Positions 13,560 to 25,527 of a stretch of 64,000 nucleotides of DNA are shown here, one piece after another. The number at the start of each line of letters is the position of its first letter. Position 1 is the first letter of the stretch. Below the pieces are notes generated by a model, which was not told where the DNA came from, did not search any database, and saw only the letters and a program-made list of their open reading frames with translations. The translations under genes were made by a program, and so were the position numbers. This DNA comes from Camelus ferus (Eukaryota): positions 111,478,001 through 111,542,000 of the forward strand of contig NC_045696.1 of NCBI RefSeq assembly GCF_009834535.1, in the 5' to 3' direction.

Positions 13560-14120
13560 TTATCAGCAGTGGAAGATGGTGCTGGACCGTGATAGGAAGC
13601 TCAAGTTCAAATCTGAGCGACATTGGCATAGATGCTTTTGTGCTATAAAAATTATTCTTTGAGAAAAAGATTTAAAAAGCAAAAAGGAAAGAAATGAAAT
13701 GGAGAAATAAAGACTGAAACTATGAGAAATGCCCAAAGTTAGAAGAAAAATTGGAAACAATGCATGAAGAAAATCATCTTCATCTTGAGGACAGAGTTGA
13801 GAGTTACAAGAATTTCAAGAAACAAGAGGTAGATAGTTTATAGAGCCAATTCTATAGATAGATGTATGTGAACTGAGGAAAAATCTCTAGATTTGAAAAA
13901 TCATCAATCTTTTATGAAGTCTGGGGATCTTTAAGAGATTTTTATTAAATTGGAAGGAGACCACAATTTCAGGAATTTCAGTAAAGATCAGTAGTAAAAA
14001 GGAAAACCAGTAGGTTTTTCACTCTAGGAGTTTGCCACATACATCACTGTTCATTCAATCCACAACATATATGGAAGAATCATTGGACGCCTGAGAGAGT
14101 GGGGTCAATTGAGAGAAGTT
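13560..14120 (-). mobile_element. LINE-2 fragment
   Basis: Purine-rich decayed sequence with antisense-L2-like motifs (aagactgaaactatgagaaatgccc; ctagatttgaaaa). Confidence 0.45.
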
Positions 14121-14809
14121 GTCCTAGCAAGTATTCAGTGATGCGTCAGTTTTATAGAGTATGGTCTCCCAAAGAGCAACACTTCTTCTTTCAACAAAGA
14201 AAAAGGAAAAAACATGGAAGAGCCACAACAAGGCATAGGAGAAAAGAAAAGATTGGGTAAAAGTATTCCTTTTAGTAATCTTTGGCTTAAAAGTAAAGTA
14301 GGATGAGATATCATATGTCAAGAAACCCAAGGCAAGGAGGATTTTGGCTTAAGGAAAATAAAGAAAGTTGGCAAAAATTGTCATGAAAACGATGTGAGAG
14401 AAACAGAAGGATTCCCAGCCACAGACCACAATGGATATGCGTTATCAAGTGGCACTAAGGGACCAGCTAACACTGGGGAGCATGCAGTGAACCTAGAGCC
14501 ACCAGTCCCAGCAGCCATTGCTTTGGGTGGAATGCAGCTTGGGGACAGTGGGGAAAAAGGAGACCCTGGGAATGACTCCAGTTTAGACCAGAAAAAAACT
14601 GATGAGCTAGTATAGGAGATGTTCCTTGGAGCAAGGGAATCTGTGTCATCAAGGAGAAGAACTTTGATGGAGCCGACTCTGGTTTCCAGACATAGCCAAA
14701 AACCACATAGAGCAGGAAGAAAGCTAGAGGACCAAATGAACTGGATTCGGCAGAGGCTATTACCAAAACCAGTTTTGTTTTGTTCTGTTTTTTCAAATGG
14801 CTACACAGC

Positions 14810-15172
14810 TAGACTCTTATTTCCTGACATGACTTACAGTTAGATGTGGGCAGGGACTGAATTCTGGAAAATGGGATAAGAATGGGCTTTATATGACACT
14901 TTTGAGCTGAGATATGATATGAGTGTATCTCCCCCACGGTTTCTTTGCCAAGTCATCATTTCAAAAGCAAGCCCTCCAGCGACCTAGAGGAGAATGGGAC
15001 CGACCACAAAATGGAAGGAATCTGAGTGCCCTGGATCACATGGCAGGTACCCAAACAGAAACATACATGTGAATGGACAATGATGTGCATGAAAAACAAA
15101 CTTATTTTTAATAAGACACTGAGATTTAAAGTTTTATTTATTACAGCAACGAGCATTACCTTAACTGATATA
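14810..15172 (+). mobile_element. MaLR solo LTR (MLT1I/J-like)
   Basis: cagttagatgtgggcagggactgaattctgg...aaggaatctgagtgccctggat...taagacactgagatttaaag...ttattacagca...ccttaactgatata. Confidence 0.7.
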
Positions 15173-15541
15173 CTGAGCTACTGGTGATCCATGTTCATTG
15201 ACTGGGAGGATCAGCAGATTTAAAAATAGAAGAAGGAAGGAGAGCTAGACTGGGGCTGCTGGAGGTGTATGGATGCCAGGAGATGATGACGACTGGAAAT
15301 GTGCAGCCCCCGCAGCAGCTGTCCTGAAGGAACCATCCTGAACCCACTGAACATCAGCAGCAGAAGAGATAAGTTCAGGCCAGAAGAACTGAGGATTACT
15401 TGGGTGTTGTACAAATGGGGAAACTGAGGCTTGGTGTAAAAAAAACTTGTCCAATGAAGGACCCTGGATCAGATGAACAGAATATCCAGGTATAATGATT
15501 TTCTGGGTGGCTTGTGAGAGATGTCACAGACTATTTTAGAG

Positions 15542-15760
15542 CAGTGGTTCCCAACCAAAAGGTGATTTGCTCCCAGAGAATATCTGAGGCTCTCTGAGGA
15601 CATTTTTGGTCATTGCAACTGGAGACTGGGGTGCTATTTGCATCTGGTGGGTGTAGTCTAAAGACGCTGCTAAATATCCCATGATTCTCAGGACAGCTCC
15701 CCATGGGAAAAAAATGATCCAACTCAATATATTAGTTGTAACAAGATTGAGAAACTGTTT
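15542..15760 (+). mobile_element. MER20 hAT-Charlie non-autonomous DNA transposon
   Basis: cagtggttcccaacc...gacatttttggtcattgcaactgg...gctgctaaatatcc...gattgagaaac; 8-bp TSD ttttagag / tattagag. Confidence 0.9.
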
Positions 15761-16108
15761 TATTAGAGTATTATGTGACTATGCATAATAAAAATTTGGT
15801 TTCTAATTTTCACAAAAACTAAATGTGAGGCTAATCTAAAGGTAGCTTGACCTTGACATTAGCCCATCATTTTAGCGTATTTATTTTTTCAAAATCTCAT
15901 TTTGTCTACAGCGAAGTCTTATGGAGACAGACAAGCTTCCCAATAGAGTATGTATTTAATGGAAGAAAGTCCCCAGGAGTTTGGCTTACACTTACAAAAT
16001 TGCACACCGTTGAAAGTTGAGATTTACCAAGGGCAAAAGTCACCACACAAATCAATAATCCCTTGAGGTCAAAAGTGCTCAGCTCTGCACGGATTATCCT
16101 GTTTTCAC

Positions 16109-16144
16109 CTTAAGATTCATAATTGTTCGCCATACTGGTGACCC
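16109..16144 (-). other. Candidate 36-nt minus-strand exon
   Basis: Minus strand reads ttgttccctattccttctccacag|GGGTCACC...CTTAAG|gtgaaa: strong acceptor, moderate donor. No protein recognised. Confidence 0.3.
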
Positions 16145-18005
16145 CTGTGGAGAAGGAATAGGGAACAATTCTACTGTGTCAAAAGGAGTCATGGAGTTTT
16201 CTGGCAGGCTTGAACACTGAAACGAAGGTAGCTGTAGAAGTCTATTTTGCAGGTAGAGATGAAGGACACAAAATTACAAAGGATGTACCATCAGCAGTCA
16301 AAGGCCAGGCTGATCAGACTTCGTGCTGCTTTTTTGAAAATGTCTTCCTGCTCCTCTTAACGCCCATTATTAACCTCAGCTTGCTGGGGAGAATATAATT
16401 TTTTCCTCCCTTTATTTTGTCCTCATTTTTAGTTGCATGAAAAGACACTGTTTATCGTATTAATTCTGACAGGAGTACACATCTGTGTACCGCTCTGCGG
16501 TTTCTGTACATTTATATTCACGCTGCACGTACACGTGTGTGTGCATAGGGTAAGTGTGCTGGTACTACGTCAGTAGCGGCAGATTATTTTTCTCCGTTAA
16601 TAATTTCAAAAGAGATTCTAAGATCAATTAATTACTCTTATTTGGCTTTTTAGATAATTATTAGAAAACTTGATTATGATTTCACTCAACTTTTTGAAAA
16701 CTTGCTTAAGATTATATGCTTTACTTTTCTAGTTTCCTGTAGATTTTTCAAGTCTTGTCCCTTTATTAAATTAGACCATCAGCCATAGCCAAAATAGTTT
16801 TACTGAGCCAACATTTAATGGTATAACCAACGTTCTTATAAGGTCACTAGAACAGTCCGTTGTTTGAACAATATTTTCACATCTTTCATAGACGTGTAAG
16901 TCAGGATATTGTTCACTGTGTTACCCAATATCCTTTATGCTGATATCTGTATGATAAATCCATCTTTATGCTTAGTTTCAATGTTTATTTACAGATAAAT
17001 ATTCTGCAACACTTGCCCAGGGTTTGAAATGTTCATTTTTAATAGTCAATTTCAATAAACATATTTGTGATTGTAGAACACATATGTAAATAGGTTTATA
17101 AAAAGAAGGAAAGAAAAGAGAAGGGAGTATGAAGGGAAAGGAAGAGCCTTTTGAGGATAAATTAGGGAAGCATAGTTTGTTACTAAAATATCTGTAATTG
17201 CTTGAAACAAGACAACTCTGAATGTTAGTTTATTTTCTAAAGAAGGAGCAAAGGTAGAAAAACAAAAACCAGAAAATGGAAATTCAGAGAGCGCTTTAAG
17301 GAAAGTCATTTTAAAAAGTTAGTTTGCAAGAAATATAATCTTCAGAATATAAATTGATGAGGATCCAGAGAAAGTATGTTTAGCTTATGCTCTAAGGAGA
17401 TACTTAATTGGTTTAAGGGAAAACTAAAATGCAGTGAAAACTTCTCTAATCTTGACCCCCAAAAAAGGGGCAGGAGAGCTCATTAACAGAGTTGCAAGGG
17501 GCTTGAGTTGAATATGGAATCAATTTTGGAGAAAACTACTAGTATAAGTGAAGTGAGAAATGATTGTAAGAGTTTTTTTAATCTTTTTTGTTCTCTCATA
17601 TTTTTAAATCAATTTATTATTTATTGATTATTTTATAAGGATACACTTTGAGATTATAAATACATACTTAGAGTTTGTGCTTAACTGGATAATACCTTAA
17701 TCATTGCTTTGAATTATTTCCAAAAATTGATTTCACCTAAATTATTGAAGTACGTACATTACAGTCACAGCCCAGAATTCTTCACCACGGTCAGCTGGTA
17801 GCACTCTTAGTTGAATCTGAAAAATCAGGCCATGTTAATTTTCTTAAAATATAAATTATTAGCACTTGTGGGGTTTTTCACTCAAAGCTCTAAATCAAGG
17901 ATGAAAAATGGATGATGCTATGACCATGTAACTCAGGATGACTTTCTTTTATTTCTTGAGTTATTTTGAATCTAGTCATATGCTGTGCCTAATTGAGGTA
18001 ACCAT

Positions 18006-18973
18006 TGAAGGGGTCTGGAAGGAGCCTCCTGAAATGTGCCATCTTTGCAAGTGGATTATTTTGAGCTAATGGCAATTAAGACCCTGTGGGCTGAAACTAC
18101 CTTAACTACCTAGTAGAATTTAAATTGGGGGTCTTTCCCCAAATGAGAATTATTACCAGAGATAAATTTTATCCGTACAGCAGGGCAAAAATCTAATTAC
18201 ACTGTCTTCTCTTCTTATCGTTAACTAAAAACTGGCACTTGCCACCTGCCTCTACAAGGATGGGATCACGTTGGCACTTGCCATCCAACTCTGCTTGGAT
18301 TAAATCACGAGCCGCTGCCACCGCTGACCTCCAACACTCCCTGAAAGGAGAGAAGGGTGGAGGTCAGGAATGAGGTGCTCTGTGGTCTGGAAAAACTGGC
18401 TAAACTGGCCTTCAGATAGTTAGATATTTTCAGGAGAAGATTTTTTTGAGCCCAAATGCTTGCATCTCCTCATATCTAAAAAAGCACTAAAATCATTAAC
18501 GGTGACATCCGTTCCTCGTGACTAGCATCAAGCCTTAGCCTAAGTGTGTGCTTGACTGAATGTCGCCCCTTCGCTGAAATCATATATAATACTGAGTCTC
18601 CCCCCCCCCGCCCACCTCTTTGGAGCAGGTCCTCAGAGCTATCAGAGATGCTGTCCCCCAGGCTGTGGTCCTCATTTTGCCCCAGATAAAACTTAACCCA
18701 CAAGGCTCGTGTTGTGTGATATTATTTCAGTTGGCATTATCATCCTGTGAACAGCCCTCCTCCCCTTTGAAGCCCCGGGTGCCCTTTGCCATTCCTCAGC
18801 TCAGGACGACAGAGACACTTTATTTCACCTTTACGTCTTTGAACCTCATGTATATGGAGGTCTGTCCACACAAAATTAAGTTTGTTTTTCTCCTGTAAAT
18901 CTGTCTTCTGTCGATTTGATGATCAGACCAGCTGAAACAAGCTTTGAAGGGTAGAGGAAAGCTCTCCTCAACC
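18006..18973 (+). mobile_element. ERV1-type solo LTR (MER34/MER39-like), interrupted by a younger LTR
   Basis: Starts tgaaggggtc...aaatgtgccatctttgcaagtggattattttgagctaatggca and ends ...ttttctcctgtaaatctgtct...gaagggtagaggaaa; 4-bp TSD ccat (18002-18005 / 18974-18977). Confidence 0.8.
18219..18736 (+). mobile_element. ERV1-type solo LTR nested in the MER34-like LTR
   Basis: cgttaactaaaa...tttcagttggca termini (imperfect inverted), TATA-like tatataa, 4-bp TSD ttat (18215-18218 / 18737-18740). Confidence 0.85.
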
Positions 18974-20460
18974 CCATCTCACTAGAGGTGCCTGTTAACC
19001 TCTGTTTTCTTGGGTTCACTTCTCCTTGTGATATTTAAGTGTATAAACTGCCCCATGTACAAAACAAAGAAAAACGAGGCTTGATGTTTTTCAAGGAAGC
19101 AATTGTACTCAGATTAACATTCATAAGCGATGAATAATTTAGAAATAATCAGCATTCCCATTCATATTAATGCAAATTAGTCACACAGATTAATAAACCC
19201 CACAGGTTCAGGATCCAAAAGAAACTGGTTACAACTAAAATAAATTACACTCAGAGAGTATAGGGATTATCAGTAATAATTGAAATTATGAGCCAAAGCA
19301 ATGATACTGTAATTCTCTGAGGTCTTAATATTTACTTCTACAGGAGACATCATAAGTAGGATGAACTAGGTAAATGCGGGAAACCTGGTGAAAAACTCAT
19401 ATGCTGGTTAAACTATTTTGCACGACAATGGATTTTAAAATTTATTTGCAAGTTTGTACTTGCTTTTATGGACTAGAATCTCACCAAGTCAACTGCAAAA
19501 CCACGGAAGACCTACCCCAATTAGCAAAAACATATATTGGAAAGATTTTTAAAGGAGAACTTAAGTACAGACAGTAACTACAATCAGAATAACAATGAGC
19601 TGTCTTTTAGAAGGCCCCAAGGGAGACCTATTTTTAATGACTAGGAAAGAAAGCTTTGCAATTAGCATATTCGTTATTTGTATGTAAATTGATGATTCCA
19701 ACAGCTGCTTAAGAGTGTTAAAAAACAATTTGTTCTATTAAGCAGTTTAAACGGTCTTCTTAAAATCTTGTTTACCTGTTTAATTTGCTCAACAATGTCT
19801 TTCTTCTTTCACAAGGCTTAGGGGAGGAAGATTCAGGTTGCTCAGCCCTGCTCCTGTTTCTCTGGTGAGATGTGTGCACAGAAAGTGCGATGTGAAGCCA
19901 CAGTTCAATGTTAACATTTTGGTTATTTGATAAGTAAGCATTGCAGCATTTTTTTTTTTTGGCTTGGGCTGGGATATATTTTGCAGCAGCAAAGATTTTC
20001 TAAACAGCATCAGTTCTTTTCTAGTCATGAATCCTCTAGTGAGCTCAGAGGGAGAAGGTGGAGAATTTAAGGCAAAGTAAATTTTTTTTCTCAAGGATGA
20101 TTGGTAGAGTCAGCTGTGATCTTTATCCAGGCACCTGATTGACTATCTCAAAATCTCCACTGAAAGGGTGGAGGGCTGTCCGTGAGGGAGGATTCCAGTC
20201 ATGAAAGCCATTGATTTCATTCTTAAGCAAACGTGAGATTCTTGAAGAGAGAGCCAAGCTGTGCGCTCCCAGTATTTTCTCTAAAAGCCCTCATCACCCT
20301 TCTTGTTCCTCTGCTTGCAGGAAAACCATGACAAACCAGCCCTCTGCCAGCTGCTGTCAGCCCAAAAGATAAACCAGCATTAAATCAGGGCACTGATTGA
20401 AATCCTTTAACCTCCACCCGACACCTTTTCCCTTCGGTCTACCTGTCCTCTGATCTGTAG

Positions 20461-20593
20461 TAGGGCTTTGCAGACTTCATTGTGCACATGAGTCAGCTGC
20501 AGGGCTTTGCTGAAGCAGATTCTGAATCAGGAGAATGGGGTGGGGCCCAGGATTCTGTGTTTCTAACAAGCTCCCAGGTAAGGCTGTTGGTTT
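20461..20593 (+). mobile_element. MER5-type hAT fragment
   Basis: gcagattctgaatcag...ggggtggggcccaggattctgtgtttctaacaagctcccaggt matches the MER5 core; the LTR abuts its right end. Confidence 0.8.
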
Positions 20594-21173
20594 CCTTGCT
20601 GTCGAGAAGGTTTTTGTCTCATCCCAGAAAGAATTCAGGAAGGAGACACAGAGGTCAATAAAGCAAAGCAAGGATTTATTAAGGAATAAATAGCACACTC
20701 TTGAGGAAAGAGCAGGCAGACCCAGGTGGGTAGCTGCCCCTAGTTTCTTTGGCAAGCTGGTTTATGGGTGTAAGAATGAATGGGCAGAATATTCATTGGC
20801 AGGGAGGGGTTTGGGGTCGTCTTTCCTGAACTTCATCCCAGCTCCACCTTCCCAGGTGCGGAGGATTTTTTTTTTTTTTTTTTGTCTTTATTAAGAATTC
20901 AGATGAGGTCACTATGAACAAAAGGTTACATTTGGATGGTGGTATCGTAAGTGAAAAGTCACATTTGGATGGTGGAGACTCCTGACTTGTCCTACCTTTC
21001 TTTGCCTCCAGAACACTTTTCAAGCCAGAATGTATGATTTTTTATCAGTCCAGAGGTCCCTGTTTTCCTTGGTTTGTCCAAGGACCCCTGTTGTTCACGA
21101 GATGTTTGGTTTTCTGCATTTGACCCATGTCCCCCTTTTTCTGCTCATTTCTATCTACCTGTCTGCTCTAACA
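20594..21173 (-). mobile_element. ERV1-type solo LTR, family A copy 1
   Basis: Colinear with 40315-40900 (gaatgaatgggcagaatattcattgg; aggacccctgttgtt; ctgctctaaca); AATAAA on minus strand; 4-bp TSD gttt (20590-20593 / 21174-21177). Confidence 0.9.
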
Positions 21174-21189
21174 GTTTTACCTCTGAATG

Positions 21190-21248
21190 CAGTAATAATA
21201 ATAATAGTAGTAGTATTATAATAGTAGTATAATAATAGTAATATTATA
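21190..21248. repeat. Imperfect (AAT/AGT)n trinucleotide repeat
   Basis: agtaataataataatagtagtagtattataatagtagtataataatagtaatattataa. Confidence 0.85.
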
Positions 21249-21590
21249 AGACAGAAGGGGTCTCTCATTTTGGTATAAAAATAGTCAACAAAAATATTCT
21301 CTGCATTATTTTCCCACAGGGTCTTTGCCCATTGTCATAATTCTAACAGACGATGGTCATTGTTCCCGACCTGTTTCTAGTATCTCCAATCTACCACCAC
21401 GTTAATTTTCATGCCAAGGGAAATAGGTTTGCAAATGTGAACTTTGACCTAGCTTCTCCATTGCTGTTTAAAAAATGATGTTATATCATACAGCCAAACA
21501 CTTAACACTTCAGTTAGAAATTTGTTACCCCTGAAATATTCCAATGGCTTGTAGGCTTTTTGAAAAAGAATCTCAAAACTGATACTGTAT

Positions 21591-22112
21591 GTTGTTGATT
21601 TTTTTTCCTTCTCTCATGTCTTTTTTTTTTAAGTATAGTTAATTTACAATGCTGTTTTAATTTCTGGTGTACAGCATAGTGATTCAGTTATACATACATA
21701 TATATACTTTTCATATTCTTTTTCATTATAGGACATTACAAGGTGTTGAATACAGTTCCCTGTGCTACTGTTGTTTATCTAGTATGTAGTAGTTACATAG
21801 TATTATATAGTAGTTTATCTATATATAGTAGTTAGTGTCTGCAAATCTCCAACTCCCAATTTATCCCTCCCCACCCCCTTTCCCTGCTGGTAACCATAAG
21901 TTTCTGTTCTGTGTCTGTGAGTCTGTCTCTGTTTTGTAAATAAGTTCATCTGTGTCCTTTTTTGTTTGTTTTAAATTCCACATATACGTGATATTATATG
22001 GCATTTTTCTTTCTGTTTGTGGCTTACTTCACTTTGTAGAATAATCTCCAGGTCCACCCATGTTGCTGCAAATGGCATTATTTTATTCTTTTTTATGAGT
22101 AGTATTCCATTG
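21591..22112 (-). mobile_element. 5'-truncated LINE-1 3'UTR
   Basis: Antisense artiodactyl L1 3' end; TSD ctgatactgtat at 21579-21590 and 22113-22124. Confidence 0.95.
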
Positions 22113-22349
22113 CTGATACTGTATTTTTTATGATATCCTGCATGTGGGAACAACAGCGAGTGAACAGAAGGAAAGACTTTAAACATCCCACATTGTTTTC
22201 AGCGGTCTCAGAAAGAAGAAAAATGGATGGAGGGAGGGAAGGAAGGAGGAAAGAGAAAATGAATTGGATCACTAGGAGCCATTTTCTTAGACAATACTGC
22301 TAAAGTTGGGGCAATCCTTCCAATATATGTGCAGGTTGTTCCTTCCCTC

Positions 22350-22460
22350 GGTAAATATTTACTGAGGGCATTCTGTGTGCAGGACTCTGAACGAGATGCT
22401 AAGGATGCTGCAGTGAACAAGACAGACATGATCCTTGCCCTCAGGAAACTTACAGAGCAA
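22350..22460 (-). mobile_element. LINE-2 3' end fragment
   Basis: aaatatttactgagggcattctgtgtgcagg...gcagtgaacaagacagacatgatccttgccctcaggaaacttaca. Confidence 0.8.
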
Positions 22461-22880
22461 CAGTCCACGCGGTCTATCTTCAACGCATGATGAAAGCACT
22501 TCACATGTGTTTCAACACTACTTTAGTTCTCCTGAGGTTTTTATTTCCTACCACCCTTTTCCTTTATGAGAGAGTCATTCTATGAATCCTTACAACAGTC
22601 TAGCAAATATTGACTAGTACATTTACACTGATGCATTATTATTAAACCTATCCCATCTTGGGCACTTAGTGAGGAAACAGGCTGTGAGCACTTGAGGCTG
22701 GAAAAGCAGGGTTAGAATGGAAAAGTTGAAAATACAAGGTGGACCAATACTATATACTTAAAAGCACTTAACAACAACGATAGTAAAGGCTGTTTTTATC
22801 ACTTTATATACAGTATCGATCGTTAACTCCCATAATGACTCTTTGTGCAAGTACATTTATTAAAATCATGTTTCAAGTGC

Positions 22881-23496
22881 TGTCAGAGCAGGCAGATAAT
22901 AAGATATGAGCAGAGAGGAGGGGGCGCAGGTCAAATAGGAAACCCTACATCACAAAAGCAACCGGGGTACCTGGGCAGACAAAGAAAACAGGAACTTCTG
23001 GGCTGATAAGAAATCACACATTTTGGGGTGACAAGTGTCCTGGAGGTCAATAAAAAAAGGTGGGAAAAGGCGGGAATCACCATTGTTCGAATGTAACTTT
23101 TTGCTCATTATGCCCTCAGTTCAATAAAATTAGCCTTGCAGATTAGAAGTACCCAACATGCACCGAGGCCATGACACTGCTGATCCAGACTAAATAAGGA
23201 CAAAAATCTTTTCTCCCTTGGGGAAGATGGAGCTGGTATGAAAATCAGGGACTAGGACTCCAAACCCTTCCCTCCCCAGTGAATATTCCGCCCATTCATT
23301 TTTACACCCTAAGTAAACAACTTACCAAAGAAACTCAGGACAGCTGCTCACCTGAGCCTACCTGCTCTCCCCTTGAGAGTGTACTATCCATCCTTTAGTA
23401 AGTTCTCACTTTATTTTCTTAACCTCCACATCTTGTCTCTGAATTCTTTCTGGGATGGCACAAGAGCCTGGACACTGACTATATCTACCAGTGACA
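22881..23496 (+). mobile_element. ERV1-type solo LTR, family A copy 2 (inserted in a MIR)
   Basis: tgtcagagcaggcagata...gaatattccgcccattcatttttacaccct...gtgaca is the reverse complement of the 40315-40900 pattern; MIR-like remnants on both flanks; TSD not recognisable. Confidence 0.9.
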
Positions 23497-24997
23497 TTCC
23501 TACAAAATAAATAACTTGCCCAAGTTAATAAAGCAAAAGGTCAAACCCAAGTGGTCTAATCCAAAGACAAACGTCTCAAATACCATGATGTTGGCCTCTC
23601 AGAACCTGCCATATGGTGAGAGAAAAGTAGAATATGGGCCACAGTCATCTAGAATCAATAAAAAAAGATGCTCAGTTCAAGCCTGGTTGAGAATAATAAG
23701 TCAGAGACTAATAGCGAATACAAGATCGTAATGGCAGAGGTTGGGAAAGGAGTGAGATGAACAGCAAGCCAAAAGTCCAGACACATTTTCTTGGGTTAAC
23801 ATCTTCTGATAGGATCCCTTCGGAAGATTTATGGTGTTAACCTGAATGCATGTTCCAAATCATCCCCAAGGCTGTGCATTCCTGCCCAGCAGCTGATAAA
23901 TCCAGTTTCTCAACACTAATGTTACACCTTACGATATTGGCACTGAGCAAGGTCTGTTAGCACTGGAGTAGCCACATGGTGCGGCTTATGTGGTGGGGCC
24001 CAGGCGGACTTTTCCATTATAGTGAGAAGTGAGGCGGTTCCCTGACAATCTCTACAACTGCCTTTTCAATCTCTACCAATAATAAGTCTCTAATAATAAT
24101 TGGAGGGGGCAGGGATTCCTCACCCTCACATGTATCATAGCATTTGCAGACCTGAGGACTCTTTCTGGTGCTTTGGATAATGCACTTCTCCCAGGAGCCT
24201 GGAGGAGAAATAGAGCCTGAATCATTTAGGAACCTTTCTCTAGCAATTTTTAATGTATAGACGACTCCCTGATACCATTTTTGGGTGAGCAAATTCTATA
24301 AATAACGGTTTGAGATCTCAGCCAGGTCTTAAATTATATGCGGAAAGGGTGACCAAGAGTGAAATTTACTGAGAAATTCAAGAAAATTTATGAAGTATCA
24401 GCATGAGTTATTTGTCTGTAAGGATGCCTTTCGTAGAAAAATCACATTATTCCAGAAAACATCATCTTGGTCATATTAAAGGCTGCATATCTAGAAATAG
24501 ATCACGCAAAAAATATTAACAGACAACAAGGTTTTCTGGTTAGAAATTTAACCATCACGAGTCTTTCTGACTCCAAGCCCCTTACTTTTAGCTTTCAGAC
24601 TAAAGCGTCTGATCTGGCAAAGTGACAGATATAGACTGTCTTCTGTTGACATGGGTGAGTGAGCAGAATATTTTAGGGTAAAAGGGAAAATGATGGAGTT
24701 GAATTTAGGTAATTGAGTAAGGTTAGACCCGGGGAAGATTACTGGAGGGGGGAGGCGACTGGAGACAAGATTTGGAGTTACTGGGAAGATATAATGTTTC
24801 GTTGACAGCTGCCTTTTAGTCTAGATTTCCCCAGCAGCTTGTACTAGACCCATGTCCTTTTCTACTGATAAAAGAAAAATTCACATATTGAGATACAGGG
24901 AAATCTTTCTGGCTTATGCATGAGTCAGCCTGAGTTTTATGCTAACTAAACAACCTGAGTGTGGTCCATCATGCATACATTGTGTATCTGCTTTCAT

Positions 24998-25379
24998 TAT
25001 TAAAGAAAACATCACTGGAAGTAAAGAACGGCCATGTTGAAAATGAAGATTAAACGCCCCTCTTCCAGGGATGTCAATGCTGGTCCTCGGTTGATAATAA
25101 GGTTTGCCTTCTGGGTGCCAAGACCATACTGACTCACCATGTGCGTGTTGGTCTATTCCTTTTTTTTTTTTTTTTTTTTTTTGAAATCTTGAAGAAATGC
25201 ATCACTGACTTGTTACTGTTTCTTTGTTCTGACAAGATAGAAAACTGCTGGAGTTCATGCTTCTCTGGAGCAGTTTTTCAGAATCATCTGGGAAGCAGGC
25301 TTCCAGGCTAGTCCTCAGTTTGGTTCGGGTAAAACTCTTTCCTGTTCTTCTTATTATTTATTGATTACTTATGTCGACA
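24998..25379 (+). mobile_element. ERV1-type solo LTR with internal poly-T expansion
   Basis: tattaaagaaaa...tgtcgaca termini; tggagcagtttttcagaatcatctggg...ccaggctagtcctcagtttgg resembles the R-U5 region of the 18219 LTR. Confidence 0.7.
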
Positions 25380-25527
25380 CTACCTACCATCCTGAAACTC
25401 TGCATTTTTTTTTAATCCCTTTCAACAGCTTCTAACTAGCCTCAGATGAAGCTGTCAGATTTCCTCCAGGCACTAAGGTGGGAACCTTTTTTCTGTTTCT
25501 CTGTTTGTCTTGCCTTAGGGCAAAGGG

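Noticed and set aside
20300..20385. Strong plus-strand splice acceptor ttcttgttcctctgcttgcag|G
   Set aside because: No matching donor nearby and no recognisable peptide.
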